Source of the DNA: Candidatus Poribacteria bacterium
GTDB taxonomy: Bacteria; Poribacteria; WGA-4E; WGA-3G
Reading direction: 5' to 3'
Assembly: GCA_965197475.1 (NCBI GenBank)
Contig: CBDANF010000002.1
Location: 1,408,001-1,472,000 of the forward strand
DNA length: 64,000 nucleotides
Shown here: positions 13,139-23,766 of the stretch, one piece after another
Layout of the letters: each line of letters starts with the position of its first letter
Position numbering within the stretch: position 1 is the first letter of the stretch
Program-made: the position numbers and the translations under genes
Notes under the pieces: generated by a model
Told to the model about the DNA's origin: nothing
What the model saw: only the letters and a program-made list of their open reading frames with translations
The model's database searches: none

Positions 13139-13939
13139 TTAAATAACAGGAGTTTCATAACGCCAGGGTCTAAAGTTTAGTCGGAAGTTGTGTAAACCAC
13201 AACAAGTTTCCATAACTAAATCACAAAACCCTTTCTTCCAATTCCTGAGTTTATCTTTGACAATGCGGCATCTTTTGACACCACTAATCGCATGTTCAAC
13301 GCGTATGCGTATAGACGCTATCTTTCTATTGTTTTCTTTTTCTTCATTCGTCCGTTCTCTACCTCTCGGTTTTTTCTTCGGTTGAATGATGTTTATATCC
13401 GGGAGAACGAAACCCTGAAAACCGGTATCTTGGGACAATGTGCTACCCTGTGGCACACAATAGCCCACCATATCGGCTATGTGTTTGTCATGGTGTCTTC
13501 CTTCAAAAGAAGGTGTCAATAGGACGACTTTGCAGGCCTCATTGATAATCAGATTATTTTTCACTGTATGGCATTTCTTTTTACCACTATAATACGCCTT
13601 TTGAGTTGATGGGTCTTTTGGGCGTCGTATAGGGCGTTCGGTGCTATCATGAAAAAAATGTTCTCCTTCTTGATTTTGAGTTGATACTTTTGATGGAGCA
13701 CATATAGGGGCGGGGTCTGTTTCCCGAGATGGCAACTCTCCAAGTTCTGCTAATGCTTTGTTCAATATCGATAAAAGCAAGTGAATCCATCTATTAGCAA
13801 GAGGTTGAGACATGCCAAAGAGCGCACCGAATAGCACTTGTTTCGGTGCTTCACGAAGGTAAATCAGTATAAATAGCAACATATCTTCAGGTGTATCAAA
13901 ACGACTATTTTTGAGGGTATTGGTTAAATAATGATGCAA
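13139..13939 (-). mobile_element. IS5-like (DDE_Tnp_4) transposase, 5'-truncated
   Basis: DSTERPIRRP, YYSGKKKCHTVK, QDTGFQG and RIRVEHAISGVK motifs. Confidence 0.85.
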
Positions 13940-13987
13940 GAATTAGCGGGATACCCTCTGAACCGCGCTGCATCATATTTCAGTTGC

Positions 13988-16207
13988 GGTAATGATAACA
14001 CTTACTGATATTTCTCAGAATAGTCTTGAACCTAATAATAATCAATAGAAACAAGGTATAGCACCATGAAAATGCGTTTTTGCTGTGTCCATTTTCCTTG
14101 ACTTTTATAGCATGAGATAGCATCCTAATTACAGATTTGAATATAAACAAACATTAGGAGGATATCTCATGCTAACTCAGCTTATCAAATCTACCACTTT
14201 TTTTCAAGAACTTCTATCTTCACAGTTTCGGACCTTGAAACAGCATTTTGTTCATACCTTAGTGTTTTTGTCAACCTGCCATCTGTTTGGGCTCACTAAC
14301 CCGGATCAAGTGGCGGATGCGTTGTCTATTCCGAAAACGAGGCTATATCGGGAACTGAACACGATGAGTCTTTATCTCTGGCAGCATCTTTTTGTGCGTA
14401 TCGGGTGTTCTATTGCGTTAGAGGTGCTACAGGAGGCAGTATCAAAAAGTGCTGCTTCTCTATCGCGTCTGTGTATCGTCATCAGTGTGGATGATACCTT
14501 TCTTTTCCGCTATGGAGAGGGTCTCGCCTACACATCCAATTGGTGGTCTTCTCAAGCAAAACAGCCGATGAAGGGGCAAAATATATTGGGGATCGTCCTA
14601 AAGATTGGAAAACGGATCATTCCCCTGAATATGCGACTGATCAGCAAACAAGGCCGCGGGAATACGGATAAACCCTCCTGTGTCATCACTATGTTCAAGG
14701 AAATCTTGTCTTTCTTTGAAGGGACCGGAATAGATATCCGAAACTATCCGGTCACCTTTGATTCGTGGTATGGTAGCCGCCACTTGATTGACACCTTGCG
14801 AGAAATGGGATTTGAAACGATCCTTGTGCACGGAAAAAGCAACTATGTGATGACGATTGATGAAAAAAGGGCGAAACTCTCGGAACATAAAAAGTCGATC
14901 CAACTCCTCTCCAATCAATGGGGGTGCGATAAACCGGTCTATCGGACTAAAGCCACAAGTCCAACTTTTGGAAAAGTAGTGGTGTTGTTCTTTGCAGACC
15001 GTGGCAAAGTCCGAACAATGCTCGTATTCGGGAAACCACTCCGTGCTTGTGAAATCCTGCGGATATGGTCTCAACACCACGGTATAGAACAGTATTGGCG
15101 GTATCTAAAAACAGACCTAAACCTTGCATCCATGAGCCTAAAAGGACGGAATGGCGCGTATGTGAACTTAGGTGTGAAAGTGATGAGCTACCTTTTGATA
15201 CAGCAGGTCAGTCGCTCCGTGCGAAAAACCTTTCATCAAGGACAACTTGAACTTTCAGGACAGAGGCAGATGCTGTCTGATCTCAGCGAGCATTTTCATG
15301 AACAAATACCAAGAAAACATTGATAAACATTGACATATGAAGAATTTTGATAAATATCAGACTTATAACGAGAGTTGTCAATGAAAAAATCAGACTGATT
15401 TTCATTGACTTATATGCCTAAAACCTGTATCCTCATTGAAACAACTCATTTCTACTCACAGGAGGATACCATGAAAGCGTGTCCAAGATGTCAACATATT
15501 CACTTCGTCAAAAACGGGTTCGTCAACGCAAAACAACGCTATAAATGTCCAAGTTGCCACTATCAATTCACACGCAAAACACCACGAGGTAAACCCCAGA
15601 CACATAAAACCCTCGCTCTGCTCTTGGACTGCCACGGTATTTCAATGAATGCTATCTCAAAACTCTTCAACATTCATGTAACAACTGTTCTCAAATGGGG
15701 ACGCTCCTATGCGAAAAAACACGCCCCGAAACGGACATTTTCACCCGGATCCACCGTAGTTTTGGAGCTTGATGAAATGTGGCATTATATCGGAAAGAAG
15801 AAAAACAAACTTTGGATATGGAAAGCACTTGACAGGAACACAGGATACCTCATAGATTGGCAATGCGGCGGACGCAACACAGAAACCCTTGAAAAACTGA
15901 CGCATCGCCTCAAAGCCTTGAATGTCAAAATGTCCTACACCGACAAGTGGCAGGTGGACGAATCCATCCTACCTGCTTCAAAACATGTTCAAACGAAGGC
16001 GGAGACACATCGCATTGAACGCAACAATTGCTTGATGCGGCACTGGTTCGGCCGGTTCAAACGTCCGTCCATTATTGTTTCAAAAAGTGTGGAGATGGTG
16101 AACCTAACGATTGCCTTGTTCGCACGATTTCGTGTTAATGGAGACGTGTTTGACATTTTAAAACTTGGCGGAATGGAAACCATGAATATCATTAGTTAGG
16201 CAATACC
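13988..16207 (+). mobile_element. IS1-family element (single InsAB-type ORF 15471-16199) with another IS nested in its left end
   Basis: CPRC..KNG....QRYKCPSC zinc ribbon, ELDEMW and T.RIERNN..RH motifs. Ends GGTAATG (13988) and CAATACC (16207). Confidence 0.75.
14005..15360 (+). mobile_element. IS4/IS701-like DDE element (transposase 14169-15323)
   Basis: Terminal inverted repeats CTGATATTT(C/A)TCA(G/A)AAT, 5-bp target duplication ACTTA on both sides, and SVDDT / FDSWY / GIEQYWR motifs. Confidence 0.85.
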
Positions 16208-16220
16208 CTCCATTTTTCTA

Positions 16221-17237
16221 TTAAGGATGCAATGCTGTTTTGACACCGCATTGAGCAATAGCATTATCAAACGCTTCCAAACCTTGTGTAATAGGAAACT
16301 GATCGGTTAGCAAGGGTTTGAACTTGATTGCTTTCTGTAGCAGGAGTTGGCGGGATTCTTCAAGGTTCGCACGGGAAAATGCCCACGATGCCATCAGTTT
16401 GTGTCCAGTGTAGTGAAATTCTTCCAAGTTAATGCGAAGTTCCTCACCTTCCGGTGCAAGACCGAAGAAGTTGATGCATCCCCCTTTGCGTACAATCTGA
16501 AAAGCGAGGTTAATCACTGATGCATTATTGGTCGTAGCAGAGACAACGGTATCTACACCACCGTGGGTGATTTCTTGAAGGCAGGTTAAATCTTCAGGAA
16601 CAATGTCAAAAGCCGCATTGGCTCCGACAGTTTCTGCGACTGTCCTTCGGTGAGGAAGTGGATCAAGGACGTAAGTTGCTAAGCCTGTTCGTTTTGCCAA
16701 CTGCGTGAACATCAACCCAATGGGGCCGGCACCAAGGATAGCAACGGAGTTTTGGAAAATAGTTTCATGCATACCGTTCAGACAGCACCCTAACGGTTCA
16801 AGGAAGAGCAGTTCTTCTGGCGGGATACTGTCTGGCACTCGGATGAGTTTGCCGGTGTCGACACCGTGCTTTGGCATTCGGATGTATTCGGCGTAACCTC
16901 CATCAATATCGTGTCCGATACCTTTGATCGTATCACAATATTTGTCCCGGTCATTTTGGCAGTGCACACACTCACCGCAGGAGAGCATCGGATTCACGGT
17001 TACCCGTTCACCTATCTTGACATCCGGGTGCCGACTCTCGACTATTACACCTGCAAGCTCATGCCCCATCACAATAGGTGGTGCATAGTCTGATACATCA
17101 CCACGGAGTGCTGCGAGGTCAGATGTGCAGATTCCGCATAATTCCATCTGGATAAGCACATCCCTGTCATTGAGCGTAGGAATCGGTTTATCCTGGACGC
17201 TTAACTGCTGGATTTTTTCAAAAACGACTGCTTTCAT
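16221..17237 (-). CDS. Zn-dependent alcohol/polyol dehydrogenase
   Basis: GICTSD, GHE, CGECVHC...C and GAGPIG motifs. Confidence 0.92.
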   Translation of the reverse strand: MKAVVFEKIQQLSVQDKPIPTLNDRDVLIQMELCGICTSDLAALRGDVSDYAPPIVMGHELAGVIVESRHPDVKIGERVTVNPMLSCGECVHCQNDRDKYCDTIKGIGHDIDGGYAEYIRMPKHGVDTGKLIRVPDSIPPEELLFLEPLGCCLNGMHETIFQNSVAILGAGPIGLMFTQLAKRTGLATYVLDPLPHRRTVAETVGANAAFDIVPEDLTCLQEITHGGVDTVVSATTNNASVINLAFQIVRKGGCINFFGLAPEGEELRINLEEFHYTGHKLMASWAFSRANLEESRQLLLQKAIKFKPLLTDQFPITQGLEAFDNAIAQCGVKTALHP

Positions 17238-17315
17238 ATAGGGAGTTGGTTGGTGTAGGATCGTAAGAGCGAAGCCCGTGCTCCGCTCTTGCTTATAGGA
17301 TTAGTAGTCTGGTAT

Positions 17316-18344
17316 TTACTCAAACTCATAAGGTACTGTTTCAGACTGATGCGTCTTTGACGATTTTTCTGCCAAATCCATGATGGCAATCACACGGCGA
17401 GCAGACTCAGGCGTTACAAGCAACGGTGTCCCGTCGTTTAAGTGCGCAACGATATTTTCGTAATAACGAGGTCCAGGTCTGCCATGATGACCTACTTTCT
17501 GCTCTTTCGGATGTCCTTCAACTTCGGATAAAACATGATATTGTCCGCCTTCAGAAACAATAGATCCGTGTGAACCGAGCATTTTCCATTTAGGTCCGCC
17601 GACCTTCGCAATATTAGACATCTGGATGTTTGCTGACGCACCATCAGCAACAAATTCCCCTTCTGCAAATCGAATAATAGCCTGCACGTGGTCTTCGTTG
17701 GTAATGTCTTTCCACACGAGATTCGGTTGAAAAAATCCGGTGACGTTAATCATTGGTGCCTCAAGAATGTTAAGTAGCCAGTCAAGGAAGTGTGCGCCCC
17801 AGTCATAGAATTGTCCACCAGAAATGGCTTTGACACTCCGCCACCAATTCGGGTTCGGCCTGCCGTAGCCACCGCCCCACATCTCAGCACTATAGACTTT
17901 TCCGATAACACCTGATTGAACAAGTTCGCGGAGCGTCCAAAAATCGGCATCCCATCGGCGGTTGTGGTGAACCGATAGCATCACATCATTTTCTTTCGCA
18001 GCGGTAATCATTTCCGTTGCTTCCGCAATTGTGACGCACATCGGTTTTTCAACGACAACGTGTTTGCCAGCGTTGTGGGCAGCAACGGTCGGATCGCAGT
18101 GTAGACTGTGAGGTAGCACGTTCGCTACGAGATCAACATCTTCGTCTGCAACGAGGTCTTCAACTGAGTTATAAGTTCGGATGTCGGGAAAATCCGCTTT
18201 CGCTGCCTTTGTCCGATCTGGATCAATGTCGCACACCGCAACACATGTGATGCCTTCTGTGCCCTGCATCATATTTGCGTGTGCTTTACCCATATTGAAT
18301 GCCGCTCCATAACCGAGAACAGCACCTTTAATAATATCTGCCAT
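17316..18344 (-). CDS. Gfo/Idh/MocA family oxidoreductase
   Basis: AGKHVVVEKP, HNRRWD and GG..YDWGAH motifs. Confidence 0.92.
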   Translation of the reverse strand: MADIIKGAVLGYGAAFNMGKAHANMMQGTEGITCVAVCDIDPDRTKAAKADFPDIRTYNSVEDLVADEDVDLVANVLPHSLHCDPTVAAHNAGKHVVVEKPMCVTIAEATEMITAAKENDVMLSVHHNRRWDADFWTLRELVQSGVIGKVYSAEMWGGGYGRPNPNWWRSVKAISGGQFYDWGAHFLDWLLNILEAPMINVTGFFQPNLVWKDITNEDHVQAIIRFAEGEFVADGASANIQMSNIAKVGGPKWKMLGSHGSIVSEGGQYHVLSEVEGHPKEQKVGHHGRPGPRYYENIVAHLNDGTPLLVTPESARRVIAIMDLAEKSSKTHQSETVPYEFE

Positions 18345-18611
18345 TATATGTCTTGGCTCCTTCTGTGCAAGGGGTTGTTACCCCGATTTCATTTATGAAT
18401 ATCTTATTATAGCATAGATGCGGGGGCGTGTCAAAAATTAAATTGGGAAAGGGTATAGAAATTTGACAATAGGTTACCCATCATCTTGTTTGTCGGGGAT
18501 GAGTCTGCGTGCCAACCCATGCTTTCTTACAAAGAAAGGGCAAGGCACAGAGACCTCGCCCTACAAATGATTTATAAGATGGACTGTAAAAAATCCGTTA
18601 TTCCTATATTA

Positions 18612-19382
18612 CTACTTGGCTTTAAGTTGTCCCCAAGTAACAGCGATCTTGCCAGATGCTTCTACAGCTGTTGGGTTATTCATCACCGATTCGATTTCGT
18701 CTGCGCTCAGTGCACGGTCATACAACCTCACCTCATCTACCTTGCCCTTGAAAAGGTATTCACGCGCAGCATGTTCATTCGTGTCTGCACCTATGAGAAA
18801 TTCCTGACTAAGATTGAAGTTAAGATTAGAGTCCTTTTCCCCTACAAGTTCCCCGTTTACGTAAAACATTAGTTTGCCGTCAGCAAAGGTGCCGGCAATG
18901 TGATCCCATTTACCAAGATTCACTGCCGGTCCTTGAATAGTTACCCATCCTCCATCGCCCCCCGTCCAAAACTCCCATGTATGCCCGGGTTCTGCGTAAA
19001 AGATATACCCACTTGTAGGTGGCTTATGACGAGAAGAAACAACAGCACGATGACCCGCACTCCCCGGTTCAACGTTTGCCCAAGCAGTTATGGTGAAAAC
19101 TTCTGGATTGAGATCTGCATGATACGGAACATTTACCTCATCTTGGACTTGGTCAAATTCCAATGCGCCGCCGAAGTATCCGTCGTTAGTCCATTGTGGA
19201 TCACCTATCAACGTTCCATCATGTCCGTTTCCAGTTGAGTCACTCGCAATGGTTCCTTCATTTTCATCAAATGCCCAGTACGCAACAAGACCGTCCTCAA
19301 CAGCATAACTTAATATCGGCAGTACCAAGAGACCGACAAAAAATATTGTTCCAAATATCAAAGTAATAGATTTCATTTTCAA
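18612..19382 (-). CDS. Secreted LamG-domain protein
   Basis: Signal peptide, LVAYWAFDE, FKGKVDEVRLYDRALS, and C-terminal AVEASGKIAVTWGQLK. Confidence 0.9.
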   Translation of the reverse strand: MKMKSITLIFGTIFFVGLLVLPILSYAVEDGLVAYWAFDENEGTIASDSTGNGHDGTLIGDPQWTNDGYFGGALEFDQVQDEVNVPYHADLNPEVFTITAWANVEPGSAGHRAVVSSRHKPPTSGYIFYAEPGHTWEFWTGGDGGWVTIQGPAVNLGKWDHIAGTFADGKLMFYVNGELVGEKDSNLNFNLSQEFLIGADTNEHAAREYLFKGKVDEVRLYDRALSADEIESVMNNPTAVEASGKIAVTWGQLKAK

Positions 19383-19581
19383 TTCCTTTCTGTTTAACAG
19401 TTATTGATTTATAGAGTTTTTTTCAAAGTATTATTGCAAGCGACACACAGAAACCCTTTCCAACCGCGTATCGCCGCAGTCAATCGTCAAAATTGTATTA
19501 GAACAACCTTGACAAAACTTATACACCATATCATTAATTTCTTCTATGCGATGTACGTAAAAGTCAGTTTTGCTGATGATG

Positions 19582-20367
19582 CTACTTGGCTTTGAGTTGT
19601 CCCCAAGTGACAGCGAGTTTACCAGATGCCTCAACAGCTAATGACTCACTTTCCATCACCGCTGCGATTTCATCTTCGTCCAGAACGCGGTCATATAACC
19701 GCACCTCATCAATCATGCCTCTGAAAAAGTAATTATGGTTTGCGGTCTCATTTGCTCCAGCACCTATTAGAAATTCCTGGGATGCATTGAGTACAATCTG
19801 AGAAGCTGTTTTTCCTACAGATTCACCGTTTACATAGAATTCCATCATACCATCAGCATAGGTACCAGCAAGATGATCCCATTCCCCAAGGTTCACATCA
19901 GGCCCTTGAACAGTTTTCCAAGGTATTGGTCCAGCACCAGTCCAAAACTGCCATGTATTGCCGGGTTCTGCGTAAAAAATATACCCCCTCACCTGCTGTG
20001 CATTTCCAGGAAGATCATCACGAGAAGAAACAACAGCACGATGATTTACGCTCCCGAGCTCAACGTTTGCCCAAGCAGTTATGGTGAAAACTTCTGGATT
20101 GAGATCTGCATGATACGGAACATTTACCTCATCTTGGACTTGGTCAAATTCCAATGCGCCGCCGAAGTATCCGTCGTTAGTCCATTGTGGATCACCTATC
20201 AACGTTCCATCATGTCCGTTTCCACTTGAGTCACTTGCGGTATCACCATCTTTTTCATTGAAATCCCAGTAGGCTACGATTCCGTCCTCAACATTCTGAG
20301 CGAACACCGGTTGCGTCATAAGCCCTACGATTAATAGTAAAGCAAATATGTTAAAAATAGTTTTCAT
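19582..20367 (-). CDS. Secreted LamG-domain protein (tandem paralog)
   Basis: Same architecture as 18612-19382; ends AVEASGKLAVTWGQLKAK. Confidence 0.9.
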   Translation of the reverse strand: MKTIFNIFALLLIVGLMTQPVFAQNVEDGIVAYWDFNEKDGDTASDSSGNGHDGTLIGDPQWTNDGYFGGALEFDQVQDEVNVPYHADLNPEVFTITAWANVELGSVNHRAVVSSRDDLPGNAQQVRGYIFYAEPGNTWQFWTGAGPIPWKTVQGPDVNLGEWDHLAGTYADGMMEFYVNGESVGKTASQIVLNASQEFLIGAGANETANHNYFFRGMIDEVRLYDRVLDEDEIAAVMESESLAVEASGKLAVTWGQLKAK

Positions 20368-20512
20368 TTCATTTCCTTATAGTTTTACTCCATTGATTTA
20401 TAGAGCGTTATAGTTAATAAAAATTTTTAAGAACCACACCCTTCCAACATTTTTAAAATTATAGTTTTGCCAATTGTGGCATTGCAGGGATAAGTCATGT
20501 AAAAAATACATC

Positions 20513-21498
20513 CGCTCATGTCAAGAGTAAGTGCTTTTGACAAGTTTTGCTATAAAATCAACACTGACAGCTTTTAGATTCATGACGAACTCACAGATTG
20601 CGACGTAACCGGCGAGGAACTTTTTATGAACGCCACGAAAGGGACGAAGGAAGTTTCGCAGCGTCGTCCAGGCACCTTCAATCGTCCTTGTATGGATCTC
20701 GTAAAGACCATCACCGTCTGCGTCTCTTGCCCACTCGCCATCCTTATGGAGAACAATCTCACGGGCGCGCTGAATACGGTTATAGCCACGCCAACCATCC
20801 GTATACACCGTTGAAGTCGGCAACGTCCACTGATGAACGTGTGTTGAAAGCGTCGCAGAATCGGTGTGCCGCACAACACGTAATCTCAGGAGACCGCTTT
20901 CGCGACCTTTCGTCCCAACAATAGGCGGACGATCATTGTCATAAGTCCCATGTCCCCTGCGTTTATTGCCACGCCGACGCGGCGGATCCGAAGCATCAAC
21001 GTGCTTATCGCCTTTTTCACCGGCGTTTTGAAACATCTCATCTGTTTCGACTTCAGCATCAGGTAAAGCAGCTTCGGGTTGTATCTGCTCTGCCGAAGTT
21101 TGGAGTTTACGTCTTATAGAAAGAACGGTTTGACGACTTAGACCCAGTTCACACCCGAGTTGTGCACTTGAAACACCTTGACAGACACCGCGCAAAAGCA
21201 GAACGACCTGTGAGGGACGAAACTGCGTGCCAGCAAAGACCGTCCCGGTATAGAGGTTGTAGATGCTCTCACAGTGTTTGCAGCGATACACTTGTAGACC
21301 ACTTGTTTCAGTCGGACGGAACTTGCGTGCCTCCGCCACGCTCGCTTGGCATTTTGGGCAACACAGCCCTTGAAGGTGGAAATGATCCAACACCCACGCT
21401 TGAGTTTTTTCTTCATCCAGGAGAGATTGTATTGGAAAGTCCATAGGTAACACGCTAACATAACTTTGAAAAAATAGCACTTACTTTTTACATGAGCC
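20513..21498 (-). mobile_element. IS1595-family element
   Basis: Terminal inverted repeats (G/C)GCTCATGT(A/C)AA(A/G)AGTAAGTGCT and 8-bp target duplication AATACATC. Transposase has a Zn ribbon plus EVETDE, VYTDGW and IEGAW motifs. Confidence 0.92.
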
Positions 21499-21600
21499 AA
21501 TACATCTCAACTATTTATTTACGCAATGAGTAGTTTTGGACTTGAAAATTTTTCTCAAATTTTTTACTTGACAAAATCCTGCCAGTATAGTATCCTATTA

Positions 21601-21689
21601 ACATCACGAAAACTTTGGTAGAGAATGTTACCCGCGTCGCAAGGCGCGGTCTCTACCATAACCAAGTAACATTGGAAAGTTTCGTGTGT
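21601..21689 (+). ncRNA. Candidate structured RNA with a pseudoknot
   Basis: Starts right after TTGACA-17-TATCCT. Has nested stems, a GCAA tetraloop hairpin and an 8-bp AATGTTAC/GTAACATT pairing. Confidence 0.5.
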
Positions 21690-21807
21690 ATAGTTCTCGT
21701 GAACCAAACAGTTAACATCATATTTATAGAATCAGCGACATAATAATCGCTTTGCATTTAGCTTATTACATCGCTGAAACCACTCCCTTTTACACAAGGA
21801 GACTATT

Positions 21808-22182
21808 ATGTCTTTGTTTTCAGATTGGAAAGAACGCAGGAAACACAAAGATAGAGATAAGTGGCTTATAAGGGAATTCCCTCGTCTTGCATTGACACAT
21901 TATGAAACCTTGCGTGATCTAAACCCTTCTGATACTCCCAAAAAGCAATTGTATGAAACGATTATTAGAGGGTTTGCTCTCACCTTTGGTGTGCCCAATG
22001 AAAAGCGCGATGAATTTACCGAATGCATTTTGCATACAGCAACTCTTGGTGAACCATCTGAACCTTTTGGTTTACGTATGATTGTTGTCTCACTTATATG
22101 CTCGACATGGAGCTTAAAGAGTGAACTATCTATTGCTGTAGCAATAACCAGCGTGTCAGAAGTAATCCCCGAATACTTATAA
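21808..22182 (+). CDS. Hypothetical passenger protein
   Basis: AAGGAGA RBS, 124 aa, no recognised motif. Confidence 0.6.
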   Translation: MSLFSDWKERRKHKDRDKWLIREFPRLALTHYETLRDLNPSDTPKKQLYETIIRGFALTFGVPNEKRDEFTECILHTATLGEPSEPFGLRMIVVSLICSTWSLKSELSIAVAITSVSEVIPEYL

Positions 22183-22237
22183 CAACTCTGACAACGAGGG
22201 GACCCTGTCCCCTCTAACTCCAAAGGAGATTAAAATC

Positions 22238-22510
22238 ATGTTTTTCGTTGAATATACCGAAAATAATGAAAGAAAAGCATTAAACTTGGCTATGTGTCAG
22301 AGAATTGAAACTGAAGAACGCCACATAAGCGCAAAAAGTAGTTTCTACATCTACATACATCACAAAGAACGCGCAAAAATGGTGTTAGAATTCAAATCAA
22401 AAGAGGAAATGTTAACCACTTTTGATAATTTTATGGACGCACTCAACCGGTGTCAAGCTCACTTGTTTTCCCAGAATGTTTTGTCTGAGGAACATTATCG
22501 GCAGTCCTGA
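22238..22510 (+). CDS. Hypothetical passenger protein
   Basis: AAGGAGA RBS, 90 aa. Confidence 0.55.
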   Translation: MFFVEYTENNERKALNLAMCQRIETEERHISAKSSFYIYIHHKERAKMVLEFKSKEEMLTTFDNFMDALNRCQAHLFSQNVLSEEHYRQS

Positions 22511-22676
22511 ATTCTTCAACATACCTGTGAAATGCATCGATGAAATATTCAGCAACGATACAAAATTCTTCAAAGAATTCTGTTTCAGAAAGAGCAGATC
22601 TTGAAGGACTATCACTTTTCTTATCTAGTCCGTGCTGACTCAATACATCTGCCATAGAATCTCTAACTTCTCTCAC
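22443..22676 (-). CDS. Small hypothetical protein coupled to the IS1595 transposase
   Basis: GTGA overlap with the transposase stop; overlaps the convergent ORF at its 3' end. Confidence 0.35.
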   Translation of the reverse strand: MREVRDSMADVLSQHGLDKKSDSPSRSALSETEFFEEFCIVAEYFIDAFHRYVEEFRTADNVPQTKHSGKTSELDTG

Positions 22677-23658
22677 AACATACTTTCGTTGACAAACTTG
22701 ACAAACAAGCTGTCAACGCTCCTATAGTTATACTTATAGCACGCTTCCGCCACATACAGCGGTGTGTATCCTGTCTGATAATGGTGATGCTGTCCATACC
22801 AAGCCCGTTTGAGTAGTGACCAGAACCCTTCAATCGTGTTTGTATGTGTATCACCATCAGCAAACTGCACCTTGTGGTTGATAACAGCGTGCTTCATTTC
22901 CTTTCCAATAGCGTTGTAAGCCTGATACTCATCGGTTATTAGTTCCGAGTCCTTTAGGTTTACAGCACTCCGAATAAACTCAAGGATAGTGCGTCCTGTG
23001 AGGTTATGTGCCACCTGTGCGACAACCCTACCCCCACGTTGCACTGCTCCTATTATAGCAGTTTTCTCCGTTCCTCTGCCACGTTTATGTGGTTCATCAT
23101 CTTCACGTTTGTTCTTTTTACGAGGTTTACCGCCAATATAGGTCTCATCTGCTTCAATGATACCTTGTAGTAAAGCCCCGCCTTTCTTTGCCATTTCAGC
23201 ACGAATACGTGCCATCATAAACCATGCTGTCTTTTGATTCAAGTCTAAATCGCGCGCCAGTTGATGCCTTGACAAACTTTTCTTCGCATTCGTTATCAAC
23301 GAAATAGCCAAAAACCACTTCTGTAACGCTATCTTTGTCCCGTGAAACACCGACCTGCACGTCACCTTGAAACTCACTTGGCACTCGTGGCAGTTCCAAC
23401 GACCGATACGACCGATTTCTGTTTCTGTCCGTTCTCCTATATGATCGCTTTCACAATGCGGACACACAGGTTTACCTCGCCAACGAATCTTCTCTAAATG
23501 TGCAATACAACTCTCTTGATCGGGGAAACGTTCCATGACCTTGATTAAATCCATCAGATAACTCCTTGAAATAGGAGTTGCTTTTTCTGACGGATTTCTG
23601 ATATAATATCAGATAAGATTAGAACCTTCAGAAAGCAACTCTGCTTTTTGGGTTAATT

Positions 23659-23682
23659 GGGAGGCTACAACCTCCCTTTTTT
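23659..23682 (+). terminator. Intrinsic terminator antisense to the transposase leader
   Basis: GGGAGG-ctacaa-CCTCCC-TTTTTT. Confidence 0.6.
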
Positions 23683-23766
23683 CTTATCTATATTATACCA
23701 TATAAACCTTGTCTACACAAGGGTTTATCACACTTTTTCACATGTTTTTTGCAAGTCCAAAACTAC

